A stretch of 64,000 nt of DNA, from positions 2,170,001 to 2,234,000 of the forward strand of contig JAUFOQ010000005.1 of the NCBI GenBank assembly GCA_040285855.1, given 5' to 3'. A program made the translations under genes and the position numbers. The notes beneath the pieces are model-generated. The model saw nothing but the letters and a program-made list of their open reading frames with translations. It did not search any database and was not told the origin of the DNA. Positions 1 to 12,529 of this stretch are shown piece by piece (the first letter of the stretch is position 1; each line of letters starts with the position of its first letter). This DNA is from Eukaryota sp. GEM-RC1. Lineage: Eukaryota.

Positions 1-989
1 CTACTAGGTATCGTTATCTTCACTAACACTACATTTTCCCATTTCTTTTGAAGCTGTGCAGAGAACTTATTTGAACTCATAAAGGGGGTTCAACAAACGC
101 TTGGGACCTGGATACGAGTCATTTGCATGAGACAGGAAGTGAATTTCGTGTTTTACCTTAGAAGGACAATCCCGAGCTAAATGGCCATTCTGATGACACT
201 TAAAACAAGTACCATTAGCCAGATTGCGAGATCTATCCGAGGAACGAGACTTTGTGCCAACTTGACGGGAGGGATCGCAGTTTTCGGCAGGAATCCTTGT
301 AGACTTATTCCATGAGGCTACTCTGGAACAATCAAGCAACTCATCCGTTGCAGTATCTACTAAGGTAGAGAAGTCAGGGAAGACCTCATCGCGGATCCGA
401 GCTATCAACGATTTTTGCAAGCCCATGGGAAGGATCCCCTTGGCAAATCGTGTCATAAAAGCTGAGTCAGGCAACTTCAGTCCGGAAGCCCGGCTTTTCG
501 CCTGAAGGAAACGCCTCAGGTAGCCTGACATTCGTTCACGGACATCGCCTTCTCGGACATCAACTCTAATCTCAGATATCGCAGAGTGGAATTCCTCGTA
601 CGTCGAGAACGAGGTGGTGGATCTCAGGTGATCCAAGAAAACCTCTTCAGAGGCATCAACCCCAGGCTTAGTAAGAATCAAAGACTCTAGTAAGAAGGGG
701 TCGACGAGGAGCCTTGGCGGAACAAGGTCCTTTTTCGGGGTGACGGAAGAGTACACTTTCCACTGTTGTAGGAACAGGAGTACGTCTTCTACTTTCATGG
801 AAGAAAGTGAGGGGAGAACTACGCGGGTAGAAAACATCTGCAGTGAGGGCCAATAATTATTGTTGCCGTAAGGTCAACGTTGATACAAATGGAAAGAAGA
901 AGTGTTTATTGTTGCTAGAGATCCTTAAGAATAGATGCCACGTCATCAGAGGTGAAGATATCTACTAGGTATCGTTATCTTCACTAACA
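1..989 (-). mobile_element. Gag-only miniature LTR retrotransposon, copy 1 (3' LTR cut by window start)
   Basis: 5' LTR at 861-989 reads TGTTAG...GCAACA on the minus strand (129 bp). Its first 28 nt recur exactly at 1-28. A purine-rich tract (AAAAGAAATGGGAAAATGTAG) directly precedes the 3' LTR. The internal region holds a single gag ORF. Confidence 0.88.
67..837 (-). CDS. gag: Retrotransposon Gag with CCHC zinc knuckle (256 aa)
   Basis: Contains CFKCHQNGHLARDC (CX2CX4HX4C) and a capsid-like Y..RF.....A/F.KGI segment. Homologous to the ORF at 31582-32382. No protease, RT or integrase follows. Confidence 0.85.
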   Translation of the reverse strand: MFSTRVVLPSLSSMKVEDVLLFLQQWKVYSSVTPKKDLVPPRLLVDPFLLESLILTKPGVDASEEVFLDHLRSTTSFSTYEEFHSAISEIRVDVREGDVRERMSGYLRRFLQAKSRASGLKLPDSAFMTRFAKGILPMGLQKSLIARIRDEVFPDFSTLVDTATDELLDCSRVASWNKSTRIPAENCDPSRQVGTKSRSSDRSRNLANGTCFKCHQNGHLARDCPSKVKHEIHFLSHANDSYPGPKRLLNPLYEFK

Positions 990-1022
990 ATTGATTTCAA
1001 AAGAAACCTGTTTTTGACGATA

Positions 1023-3584
1023 ATGACTGCTTCTTATTGTCACAACTGTTCCTGCATCATCCTTGACAATACTACTATCGGATGCTGTGATCTTCAGTTC
1101 TGCTCTCAATCTTGTCACGATACATGGATGGAAGAAGTGATCGTATGTCCTCGTTGTGATGAATTGTTAGATTGGTCGTTACTTTCTGAAGCTGACGAAG
1201 AAACTCGCTCCGCCTTTGTAACTGAAATACCGGACCTACCAACTACATCTCCGCTTCCCATTGTCCAAACTTCATTGGACCACACTTCCTCGGACTATTG
1301 TGACGTTTTTGAGGATCTGGAAATGTTTCAACTTCGCCGTCGTAATGAGTTGATCGATAAATCCAACATATCTGGTTATGCCCCTCCCAAACTCCCCTAT
1401 AGTCTCATTAAAGAAGTAATGCTGTTTTGTCTATCATCCGTCTTTAATAAGTTGTTCTCAGAAACTCCAAATGTCCAACTCTCCCAATTCCCCACCTTAC
1501 TCCACGAAGTTTCTCACTTGGGTCGTGTTAGTAAGAGATTCTTAAATATATTTCAACAAGTAGTTGAGATCTTCTGCCGTGAAAGGACTTTCTTAGTTAC
1601 TTCAACTAGTTCAACAGATGTTCCCATCTTTACAAAACTTCTACATTTACGACAGCATCCACAATGTCCTCTACTAACTCTTCCTTTCAATCACCTGTTC
1701 TTATCAATGTTCTTTGATGCTTCTTTGGTATCCGTTTCAAGTTTTCCTTCTCATTTGCTTGATCGAATTACATTGCTAACACTTCCTTCTTATGCTCACT
1801 TTGGCTTTCTCCTCCCCTACGATCCTTACTTTTGCCGTAATCTACATCATCTGACAATCTCTGGTGCTCAGATGGTGACTGATGAAGCTGTAACTGAATA
1901 TGTTCAATTAGATCTTTCCAAATTGAAACTTGACCAGTGTCCTAGACTGACGTGCTTTACTCTCTGTTACATTTCAATTGACGATTATTCTATTTTTGAC
2001 CAAGAATCAAGCTTAACAGAGTTGTCCTTTATTAAATGTAATTTCTGTGGTGATCCGTCATTGCTGACACGTCATCTTGCTACTAATAGTATTCTTAAAA
2101 CTTTATGTATCGAACGCTGCCGACTCAGTGATACAGAGCGTATGTCATTGATTGAAGGACTTTCCCTGAACACATCTATCACTGCTCTCGTCTGGGATTG
2201 TCTTGTTGATGTTGATGACGTCATCCTTCGTGGTCCTGTACACCCTTCCTCCTTTTTTAAAAGAAGTTTGTTATTTTCCAAACTATCGTTAACTTTGGAT
2301 GTAACTACTATTCAACAGATAATACCAGTATTTCAGTCTGCTGTTGGTTCAAGTATCTTTTTAAAAAGTATTAATTTAAAATTCTTGGGAACTTTTTCAA
2401 CGCAGATTTTTTACACTTTCCTTGCTTGGTTGGTCAGTCAACAATCATTGGAACGTTTCAAATTGCAGTTATTTAAATTCAGTTACGTAAATTCAAATTT
2501 TCCGGATAATTTACTACTTCTGCCAAAGCCTCATCAAATACAATCAATTAATTTGAAATATTTAAAATTACAGGGTCTTAAGTCTCGTGACGGTTCTCAC
2601 TTCCTTTGGGCTTCCATCATTGCTAATTGTCTGCTACTTCAAGAGTTAGATCTGTCCCATAATGTTTTTGAATATTCGTTGGGTGATAGAGTTGTTTCAT
2701 CTGCGATGCTTTGCACATCACTTTACAAGCTAAATCTTTCTGGGTGTGGTTTAAAGGATGCAGAAGTTGAGGTTTTAGCTAATTTGTTACTCCACAGCGA
2801 TTCCTTGCAATTTTTAAATCTAAAACATAACTCATATTCGCTCCTTGGACACATGGTAATTGCTGACGTTTGCAATCAACGAAAGTATCTACAAGTTCTA
2901 TCATCATACCCTAAGGATGTAATCGTGTTAGACGAATATCAAGTAGTTGACAGACATGTGGTTGCGTTAAATCGATTGTTGGACCTTTGTTCTATTACTG
3001 GTGATTGTCAATCAGAAATTCGTTTCGAACAATGCATGTTTTTTGATCTCCAAAGTTTTAAAAGTTTCATTCGCGTTTTAAAATCACACAAATTGACCAA
3101 CACTGTTGTTTTTGCAAATTCTTCATTCGATTTTCTTGTTTTTCTGTCTCTTTACGATGAAATGAAGCACCTTGGTCATATTAATTTTACTTTAGATCCG
3201 TATCATATCGATGTAAACAATGGAATTCTTGGATTTGCTGGACGACTTGGAAATGGATTCCGTTCTGAAATCCTTGCTTCTCGTTCAATCAAAATGTTCG
3301 ACTGTTCAAGAGCTAGATTTCGGTCAGCGGCCAGTGATTTAAAATTTAGTTGGGATTTACTCAAGGCTTCTGTTTGTTCTTTCTCCACACCGCGTGTCAA
3401 ATGGGTTGGGCACAATTTAGAATTAGATCTTTCTGACTCAGATATTGAATATTTGAAATACTTTGAATCTTTCACATGTCTGAAGAAACTCAATCTAACC
3501 AGGATTAAAGGTTTTGACTGTCACGTTTTGGATTCGTTTCCTTTTTGGAAGATCTCAATCTTTCTTATACATCACATGTTTTGA
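1023..3584 (+). CDS. RING-like Cys-rich + F-box-like + leucine-rich-repeat protein (~853 aa)
   Basis: N-terminal CHNC...CC...FCSQSCH..W.....CPRC; LPYSLIKEV...LGRVSKRF (F-box-like, split); many LxxLxLxxN/C repeats (LQELDLSHN, LYKLNLSGC, LQFLNLKHN). First ATG is at 1023. Confidence 0.7.
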   Translation: MTASYCHNCSCIILDNTTIGCCDLQFCSQSCHDTWMEEVIVCPRCDELLDWSLLSEADEETRSAFVTEIPDLPTTSPLPIVQTSLDHTSSDYCDVFEDLEMFQLRRRNELIDKSNISGYAPPKLPYSLIKEVMLFCLSSVFNKLFSETPNVQLSQFPTLLHEVSHLGRVSKRFLNIFQQVVEIFCRERTFLVTSTSSTDVPIFTKLLHLRQHPQCPLLTLPFNHLFLSMFFDASLVSVSSFPSHLLDRITLLTLPSYAHFGFLLPYDPYFCRNLHHLTISGAQMVTDEAVTEYVQLDLSKLKLDQCPRLTCFTLCYISIDDYSIFDQESSLTELSFIKCNFCGDPSLLTRHLATNSILKTLCIERCRLSDTERMSLIEGLSLNTSITALVWDCLVDVDDVILRGPVHPSSFFKRSLLFSKLSLTLDVTTIQQIIPVFQSAVGSSIFLKSINLKFLGTFSTQIFYTFLAWLVSQQSLERFKLQLFKFSYVNSNFPDNLLLLPKPHQIQSINLKYLKLQGLKSRDGSHFLWASIIANCLLLQELDLSHNVFEYSLGDRVVSSAMLCTSLYKLNLSGCGLKDAEVEVLANLLLHSDSLQFLNLKHNSYSLLGHMVIADVCNQRKYLQVLSSYPKDVIVLDEYQVVDRHVVALNRLLDLCSITGDCQSEIRFEQCMFFDLQSFKSFIRVLKSHKLTNTVVFANSSFDFLVFLSLYDEMKHLGHINFTLDPYHIDVNNGILGFAGRLGNGFRSEILASRSIKMFDCSRARFRSAASDLKFSWDLLKASVCSFSTPRVKWVGHNLELDLSDSDIEYLKYFESFTCLKKLNLTRIKGFDCHVLDSFPFWKISIFLIHHMF

Positions 3585-4061
3585 ATTTTGAAAATCTCAA
3601 TGATTTTGTGTATTTAGATAAACGTCATAAATCCTTGTTCCGAGATGAAACAAAGGTAATGAACTGAGTTTCTTGTCACTAAAAATAAATCTTTGTTTGA
3701 ATCGTTGTTTCAAAAAATGAGACAAACATTGTGAGCATTCGCTTATGACTTTCTCAGTCTTCTGGTAATCCTAAGATAGAACTTATTAATATAGTAAGCT
3801 AGGTTGGTCGTTGGGGAAGACTGTGAGGTAAAGTCAATGTACTCAATGTGCAACAAATACGCGTGTCCTAGATTGCTCGCTTCTTATTTCAGATAATGTA
3901 TAGATATATTGATTTTTTTTTGGCCAAGTTGTGTGATAGCAAGTACTGTTTTTGAATTGGTTAGATCATTAGCTAAACAATACATTGTTTTAAACAAATA
4001 CGCCCCTAACGATCAATCAGCAAAATACTTGCTTTTGCAAAACAGTGTCAATTAAAAGACA

Positions 4062-4300
4062 CTAACTAAAGTAATAGTTGATAATATTTCTAAGATCCTT
4101 CTGTCTTTCACCGAACAACTGACCAAAAATTGAATTAAAATATCTGTGCATGGAACGAAACAGTGCAAACATTAAATTAATTTTCGTTGAAAACTTTTCC
4201 TTATTTAGAACATAATTTATTGAAAAAGTTAAACAAACTTGTGCAGCTGGTCCAATATTACCGCATATCGACATCCCATACGGCTGAAACACAATAGAAT
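4062..4300 (-). pseudogene. Degenerate 3' fragment of RLE-type non-LTR retrotransposon
   Basis: FQPYGMSICGNIGP aligns with FQPFAVSLFGSISP/FQPFAVSLYGNFG of the longer remnants at 18.2-19.8 kb and 32.5-33.7 kb. Confidence 0.5.
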
Positions 4301-4989
4301 TGTACCTGTCAACTTCCAGTTGGATAATTAAATGACATTACGTTGTATTTTTCCAAAAAAAGAACAACTCCAATATCAGGATAACCTTCAGCATTTTATT
4401 TTGGAATTTCATCTTGTATTACAAGGATTAACTCTTTGTGTTAATAGTCTTTGTTTATAATATGTTTCTCAGCACGTGACATAGCACATTTTACTGAGTA
4501 TAACTTAACTAAAGAAATTTAAAGGTTCATAAATTTGTGGTTCCATCACAAAAGATTTTAAGAAGGCAACCAAAGAAGCCACTTACAGTATTTCCTAGAA
4601 TTGATAACCAATAGACACAAAACAGGCAGGAGTATTCTTTAAAAGAGAGTACAAACATAAATTAGATATAGTCCTAGGCTATAGTTACTATTTTTAGTCA
4701 CTTATGGCCGGTCCAATGGCTATCTTTCGTTTCTTAAAGAAATTAAAATTTTCTTAAATGGCAATCCCACTCATTAAGAAGTTCAAACAAATTGGATTCA
4801 CTTATTGGATGTTGCTTATCATCAATGAAGTTACAGCTGTGTATTTTAGATAAAGTAAGCAGATTTAATTTTGTGGTTCCATTTCGAAATATGCGGTTTT
4901 TGGTAAGTAATTTCACGGCGGTACTTATTAAAAATGTTTTAGTATAAAAAAAGTTTTATTGATGAATTGCACAAAAATACATATCATAA

Positions 4990-5240
4990 CGAAAGCTATG
5001 AAACACTTGACACATAAGATTTCTGATCAACAGTACCACTGTTCTTATACAACTTTGTTATAATTGATGTAATAAACTTAAGCATCGACCGTAACAAAAC
5101 AACAAACAAACGGTTATGCCAAATTGATAAGTTAAATCTCTTATTCTGAGATTTACACATAGATCCAAATCAGTTAAAAACTTAGAAGCCATTTCACCAA
5201 TACTACCGAAAATAGATATAACAAATGGAACAAATACAAA
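4990..5240 (-). repeat. Dispersed repeat: 3' fragment of a second RLE-type non-LTR family
   Basis: Similar to 12530-12780 (same strand) and 25670-25880 (opposite strand). The 12.7-kb copy translates FVPFAISIFGSIGE. Confidence 0.55.
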
Positions 5241-5563
5241 TTTTGATTGAGTTTAGCAACATTAGAAATCCGTTTTACGTTTTTCGGCTGTTTCTAGGTG
5301 GAATTTGTTTAAATGTTTGTGTTCAGAATTTGGCAAGAAGAATTTAACATAACGTACTGGAAGAGTAATTTGGTTTCTCGTTTTTTAGGACTAAGTATGT
5401 CAACATATTTAGACCTAAAAATCATTTTGTCCAAGTTCTTTGCTGGCAACTACTTTTCGAAATTAAGTAGTTCGTTTGACAATTTGTTTTAATAGTCTGT
5501 ATTTATTTGTTGTTTTCTTGTTGAGTGTTTTTCTCCGTACATAAATCCGTTTACTTTAATTAA

Positions 5564-6417
5564 TTAAGATTCATAGAGTTCATCTACTCCCACTATTTCA
5601 ACTCTATGATTAACTTTCAACGCATCTGCCAAAGCTCTCACACCTTCAGCTCCAATATAATTGGAAACCAGATTAACACTTGTAACTGAAGAATTAACTT
5701 TCAACGCTGCTGCCAAAGCTCTAGCACCTTCAGCTTCAATAACATTTCCACTTAGATCAATACTGGTAATTGAAGCATTAACTTTCAACGCATCTGCCAA
5801 AGCTCTGGCACTTTCAGCTTCGATAGAGTTTCTACTTAGCTTAACACTGGTAACTGTAGTATTGGTTTTCAACGCTTCAATCATAGAAACAGCGGTGTAT
5901 TCGAACACTTCTACTTCTATTTGCTTAAGACGTGGAAATAAAGAAGAAGGATTTTTTAAAAACTCTAAATCAGAGGGTTCGCTTAGATAGAGTGTCAATC
6001 CTGTAATTATACCAGAATAATTTAGAAATTTCTCAATTTTCCAGGATCCGTAAGTGTAAGTGTCCAAAAACACAGATTGTAGACCTGTTCTAAAGAAAGA
6101 AGTAAGTGAAATTAGTTCGGGAAGGTGTTTGAGATTAGTATGAAAGGTGTGTAATTGAAAAAATACTTTAACTGCCTGGGATGAAGAATCAAGGAAGTGA
6201 TTGCTTACATAGCCAACTTGTCCAAAGAATGCAGGTAATGCTGTTTTCAAAGCAGATAGTTGATGCTTAGTTCGATCATGATTATGTTCAAGAGTATCCT
6301 TGACAAGACGTCTCAGCAAGTGGAGATGGACAAGAATCAACAAAGTCTGCCACGGACACGTTTGGAGGGAGAATCTGTGGTTGAAGACAATGCCGACAGT
6401 TCGTCACAGTTAGACAT
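5564..6417 (-). pseudogene. 28-aa RI/NLRC3-type LRR family member 1 (3 repeats; 5' frameshift)
   Basis: Has the family N-terminal domain (LLILVHLHLLRR...FFGQVGYVSNHFLDSS) and three SVTSVxLxxNxIGxEGARALAxALKVN repeats. A small deletion near 6352 disconnects the MSNCDEL start at 6417. Confidence 0.75.
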
Positions 6418-6494
6418 CACAGATGAGAAGCTGGAAGGGGATGAACGAAAGGTTCAGAGCATTGATCAAGAAATGAGGACTTTGTTCTTTCAAC

Positions 6495-6975
6495 CATACC
6501 TGGGCATGACAACAAATTGATATCTGTCATGACGTCATGACACTCCATGACATGACAGCATGACAAGCAACCACTATTTCCAATATGTATTGATAGTTAT
6601 TCAACAATAGTCTACATGTATGAATATTCTTTTTATTCTTCATTTCCAAAATTTGTCAGCTTGTATACTGCTAAGAAGTTCACTGAATAATCTTTTGCAC
6701 CAGCACGAGTTTGTGGTTCATTTGTTGTGATATCATTCATCATAATTTTATATGTCATTTAAACTAAAGATTTTGCATATATACTAGGAATATCAGATAA
6801 TGTCAGAATGTAACTGAGAAAAGAGGAAGAGAGGTTATTTGGACAATGTCGGGCGACAAACGGTTCATTTGTTTCAGCTGTATTCGCAGCAATTAATTAT
6901 CTCTAAAGGATATGTCATAACACTTCAAAAAAAAAACAATGGCGTCATGACGTCATGATGTCATGTCCAGGTATG
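6495..6975. mobile_element. hAT-type MITE (481 bp)
   Basis: 17-bp TIRs CATACCTGG(G/A)CATGACA (16/17 match). Perfect 8-bp TSD CTTTCAAC at 6487-6494 and 6976-6983. Clustered subterminal CATGAC/GTCATG motifs. Confidence 0.88.
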
Positions 6976-8819
6976 CTTTCAACTGTACAACTGTCTGTCG
7001 TTTTCCTCAACTTGATATTAACACCATGAACCATTCGAAATCTCCGGAAGATAAGTGTTGGTGATGAATCTATTGATCCCATCATGAATCATTCTTGAAG
7101 ACATCCTGATGCTTGTCCTCAAAATGACCTGCTGGGTGTTCAAAATAAATGCTAGTGTTTATCATTGACTGACTCCTGTGCAATGAATTGTCCTTTTGAT
7201 GACGTATCACATCATTGAATATCTAAATTATGTACAGATTCAACATGATTGATCTTCACATCCAAATCGATTTAACAATCAGTGTTGAGTTCTTGGTTGA
7301 GAGTGACACAATATTCACAGTAAGTTTGTGGATTGAGATCACCTTCTGCAATTTCTTACAATGAACAACGAATTCTTGTTAGCAAATGATAGATTATAAT
7401 TTACAATAATTTAAATTTGTCTTGAATTGTCACACCCTTCCGATACCTCTAACATCAACTTTTCTCTATTATAACTGCTATCTGCCATTAGAACTACTTA
7501 AGTGCATCTGCTGAAACGTTGATATGAGTCTGCATGGAATTTCCTGTTGTCGAGCCTTTGGTCTTCTGATAGCTATCTAAGTACGTTCTAGCTATGCTGA
7601 TGATTCATAGAGTCAGTTTGATGTTACTATGTGTGTGTCATAAATCGTGTTTTCGCGTTTGCCTGCGTTTCAACTGGTGGATTCTACCACTTACTTACAT
7701 CCCAAAATACATAGCCATACAACACAAACGTCTTCTTCGTTGTTGTGGTAGTACTGTTGGTTACTCGTTTCCGCAAATCTTGCTAAACGGGGTCTGAAAC
7801 ATGCAGCTCAGCTCTAGACGTTACGTTGATGAAGTCCACGGAATAGGATATCATTGACATCGATGCGGACGACAAGATCAACAAGAAATAAACACTTATC
7901 GAATCAGTACGATCCATGTGAAAGACTAAGCAATTCGATGAATTGGTATTTTATTAGTTTACACAGAGACTATAGAGCGTATCATGAGTGAAAGTAGTTG
8001 AGAAGATAGAGAGATCCTATAAATTCAAGGTTCCTCTAATTTCAAGGTCCGGATAGGATTGAAATTATAGGAACCTGACTGTATTTTGATGATCGCCAAA
8101 AAGGCTCAAAAATTACTAAAAATAGAAATAAATAGAAATAAATAGAGTTTATATTTATTTGTGAGGAGCCCTGACTGTCTTCGTTTTTTGCCTGATCGCG
8201 TGCTATACCATATTATCATTATTAAGGCAAAGTTAAAGTTATTACCAAAAGAGTACAATTGGAGTTAATACTTTGACAAAGTATACTGAAATTTTTCATA
8301 GATTTCAATTACATGTACTAGTTAAAAAAGCCCTTAGCCAGTATAATTTGTAAATAGACTGTAACAACTGAAGGACAAGTCTGTAGCACAAGAATAACTA
8401 AACTTCTAGGAAACAATGATACAATGCAGTTTCTTGATTTTGAAGGCAATTATACTTGTTCTGTCGACACTGGCTTTAGAGAAGCTAAGAATTTTTTTGA
8501 TCTCAAGGTGGTCGACAACTTACGAGATTGACGACAACCTTGTTTGACCACAAGATTGTAGACGTGTCATATTTTGATGTTTGTTTTGATTAGATTGATC
8601 TTACTGTCTGTTAAGAGTTATCAGCACATAAACATAATAGCTGATTGACGTTTTTTTAAGAATCCATTCCAATGTGAGTGATTTTGTAATGATAAAAACT
8701 TTAATATATACAAAACAGAGATTTAAAGGACCCTAATACAGGCATAGTAAAGGGTATGCTTGTATAGTATTCAAGGTTGCTTGTATTGGGACCCTGACGA
8801 TATATTGTGGTATTATTTT

Positions 8820-9765
8820 CATTGTTGTCAAATGCGCACTTTTTCCAGAAATGAAATGCGTGAAAATGCGTCAAATGCGCGCATTTCTGTGCATTTTGAC
8901 GCATTTTATGTGCGCATTTTGATTTTGAACTTGAGACACCAAGTAAATAAAAATATTTCGTCATACTGATTCATGTCCTCGTAATTCTCTATATTCCATG
9001 CCCGTTTCGATATGTATCAAAATCCCACATCATTTGGCATCACGCTACAATTGTATATCAACCTCCTTCCAAAGGTTCTGTTGTATCAGAAGCTACAGTT
9101 CATTGTCATCATTGTGTCCACCAGTCCGTCACTGGAACTAATTTTTTGAAACAACACTTTGTACCGAGGACGACGTAATGTTTTCTTGTTCAAAACTGTG
9201 TTCAGAACTCGTTCAAAGTCTTTAAGCTGAGTTGAGAGCTCCAAAACGCACATCCTCTTCTCATTGACCAATCTCATTAAACAACTGTTACTGTTGATCA
9301 CATACTATATACAGAATATGTGTTTCAACTTTAAGGGCAAACAGTGGGCGTTGGTGTCTTAATAAATGGTCTTTAAACCATATTTCATTCAGTATTTTAT
9401 ACGATATTAGCTGTTTATGGTTTTGTATCGATTTACATTGTTCGTAAATATGGGTAAAACAGACTTTTGATCAAAAGTTTTGCTTGAATCACACTAACTT
9501 CACAGGTTTTAAACCAATTCACATTGTGATATCAAAAGAAAGTTCACTGATCTGTATACAATACAACTTTGCATTTGTCCAACGAAAGAGGTACTGCAAA
9601 ACACTGGTTTGAGATCAACATCACTGATATTGCATATAGAGATTTATACAGAAGCACAACAAAAAAATCTCCAAGTCAAAATGCGCAAGATCACAAAATC
9701 CCAAATAAAAGGTGTCAAAATGCGCACATTTGGCGCCTAGGCATTTCTGAAAATTGATAACACTG
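8820..9765 (+). mobile_element. Non-autonomous hAT element, CAGTG family (946 bp)
   Basis: Ends CATTGTTGTCAA / TTGATAACACTG. 8-bp TSD ATTATTTT (8812-8819) versus ATTGTTTT (9766-9773). Subterminal AAATGCG repeats. A second copy lies inverted at 13438-16222. Confidence 0.8.
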
Positions 9766-9796
9766 ATTGTTTTAGTAATATTTCAATGTTCTATCA

Positions 9797-11874
9797 ATGA
9801 CATCTTCCCAAGATTCCCTACATCATATCTTCAACACAACTACCCCAAATGAGGAGACTCTTGATATAGCTACTTCCCTCCTCTCAAATCTCAAGTTATC
9901 TATAGAATGGCTCACCAATATCAACTTGACTGTCCTTTTTTCACGTTTACCAGATAAACTAGATGTTTTGTTCTTCTCGTATCCCACCGCTTCCCATCTT
10001 ACTCGTCATTCTGTTACTGAATCTCTTATATCATCCATTCTTCATCTCCTGGAAGAACACTCTGATCTCACTGAGCCTGCTGCTTCTTTTATCCTTAGTC
10101 TGGCCTTTTCACGAGGTCATTCTCAATCTGTTCTTACCATTCTACAATCCTCTGACAACTTTTCCCTTCTTCTTTCGTCGTTATTCACACATGCTACATC
10201 CTCCCAAGCCTCTTCTCTTCTACATCTTCTCATTAAGAACTTCCCCATGTCATCTCTTAAGAATCTGCCTCTGAACTCCATCTCGCATCTTCCCAATCTT
10301 ATCTTCCGTCTTCATCCTACACTTCCATCTATTCCAAAACTTGTTCACTTTCTTCTATCATCACTTGTACAACCTAACATGTTTGACTTGTCCTTAGTCA
10401 ATGCTATTTCTTCAGGTCTTTCTTCTTCATTTTCCTCTTTCTTTCTTTCCTCTTCTGCTGAATGTCGTTTGTTATCACATTCAATGTTTTGTTTTCTATT
10501 GTTACTATTTAAGGCTCATGAGGTTTCAATTTCTATATCAAAAGATATTCTCTCGATTGTAAACGTGTCGCTCTCAATCGGTGATGATTGCGACCGGCAT
10601 CAGTCGATGATGGTGATGGGTTTATTATCTGAGCTCAACTCTAATGATGAAGGATATTCGAACTTTGATTTCGATTTTTATCTAAATGAGGATGTTATGA
10701 ATGTCTTTTTAAATATATTTAAATATTTTGATTTTAATCCCAAGTTTTTGCAACGTGAAAATGAAGATGATGTTACGCAATCACCTTATGATTCAATCAA
10801 GGTCGAAATTGATTCTGACTCTGATGAAGAAGAACCAATCAAATTTGATTCTGATTACAATGACTTGCCTCAAGAAATTGGTGAACGAACTGCTACTGTA
10901 AGAGAGTGTTTAAAGCTTTTACAAAGTTCCAACTTTAATGAATGGTCTTTAGGTTTTAAAGCAATTGGACCAAAAATAGAACAATTTGCCGACTTTTTCA
11001 AAAACAACCACTATTTCTGTGAAAATGTTGCTAAATCGTTGTTATTTCTTGAGAATTCCTTCTCTGAAGATCATTTTCACCATCAAGTTTCAGACTGTAT
11101 CAAGAACCTCCTGGTAGCTGCTCCTTCTTCTGTCCACTACTTAGTTGATCATGGTTTACAGACTGATGTGACGACAGCTAAGCAGTTGTCTGTGATTGCT
11201 GGTATGACGTCAGCAGTGGATCAGCTCTCAAATCAGGAAAGTGTTCGGCCAACAGTGTCCGAAAGCAGCTCATCTTATCTTAAGTCAATCAATTCTGATT
11301 GCGGAATTCCGGCGAAATCACAAGATATTATTAGGCAACGATTGTTGAAAAAAACGAGAGTCTTATCTAAAGGGTATCAAAAATCTACCGCTTTTCATTC
11401 AAAATTTTATCAAAATTTCAATGTTTTCTTTTGGCCCGTTTTCAATCATTTTTGTACACAAATGAATCAAATGTCGCAGTCACTTTCCTCTTTTGATTCA
11501 GCTTCGTCAGTTCATTTTTCTTGCATTTTGTCCTCTCTTTTGGTTATTTTGGGATTGTTTGTTCTTCTCTATCTATTACTACTGAAACTCTACCTATTTT
11601 TAAAAATGTGCTGGAATTCGCCATGCATTTTGTTGAATTTCAAAATTGTTCCAAATTTTTACGACAAGGATTGTTTTGTTGTATTTCGCTGCTTTTGGGA
11701 AGCGTTTCAAAAGATGAACATTTACTTCAAATATTTGAAAGTATTGAAAATTTGGTACAATGTGGAGAGTTTTTGAAAAGTGGACTATCTGATGGAAATT
11801 CAAATATTGTCAAATATTCAAGTAATTCCTTAACAATTATTTCAAAAGTGATTAAAAAACATCTTGGAGATTAG
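9797..11874 (+). CDS. TEL2: Telomere length regulation protein TEL2/TELO2 homologue (TTT co-chaperone); one probable sequencing frameshift near 11520-11560
   Basis: Helical-repeat protein with an acidic DSDSDEEE patch followed by TVRECLKLL..NEW, AKSLLFLEN.F, LLVAAP, RQRLLKKTRVLSK and F...FFWP, in the motif order I recognise from Tel2. The ORF at 11521-11874 supplies a plausible C-terminus. Confidence 0.72.
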
Positions 11875-12529
11875 TGTGTTTGTCCTTTTAAAGTTGATAT
11901 TTCAGTGGCTGAATATTTTCAAAGCCAATTCTTTGAGTGATTTCTATATAACTTGAACATTTAAACTTCCTGGTTATTTTATTATTTCAATGTTTTGGAG
12001 TCTCTTCATCACATATTTTATTTGTTTCTCGATAGATTCACTCTCGGAAAAAAATTCACGACCGACTTTGATTTTCGTGATCCCCTGTTTAAATTTTTGT
12101 AATAGTTTGCACGAAACATTCTTTGTTTCTACAGCAACTGATAGTTTTTTTTACAGCTTTGTTTGTCGATTTAAAATCTAATTTTTATTGTTTCATTTTA
12201 TTACGACGATTTTTCATGATTATACACTTAGATCTGTTTTTTCTCTCATTTTTAGAAGATAAAACTCTCTATATTTAGAACAAGAAATTCGGTAAGTAGC
12301 TGTAAGTGTTATGGACCGTTCACTCTACTTTCATACTCGTACTGGAATTTAATAATTTGGTGCTATTCATGATACTGACTTTGATAACTACATGTAGCAT
12401 TTCTTTTCTACAATTTATTAACTCAAACTAACAAGTTAATTGTTGCAGGTCAAAAGAATCATATTTCAGATACATTAGTTTGTGTCTTTCACTTGCTTAA
12501 AACAGTGTATTGATGGAGGGTACAAAACA

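Noticed and set aside
8015..8083. Possible Tc1/pogo-like terminus (TA-CAGTCAGGTTCCTATAATTTCAA on minus)
   Set aside because: No partner TIR or transposase found in the window.
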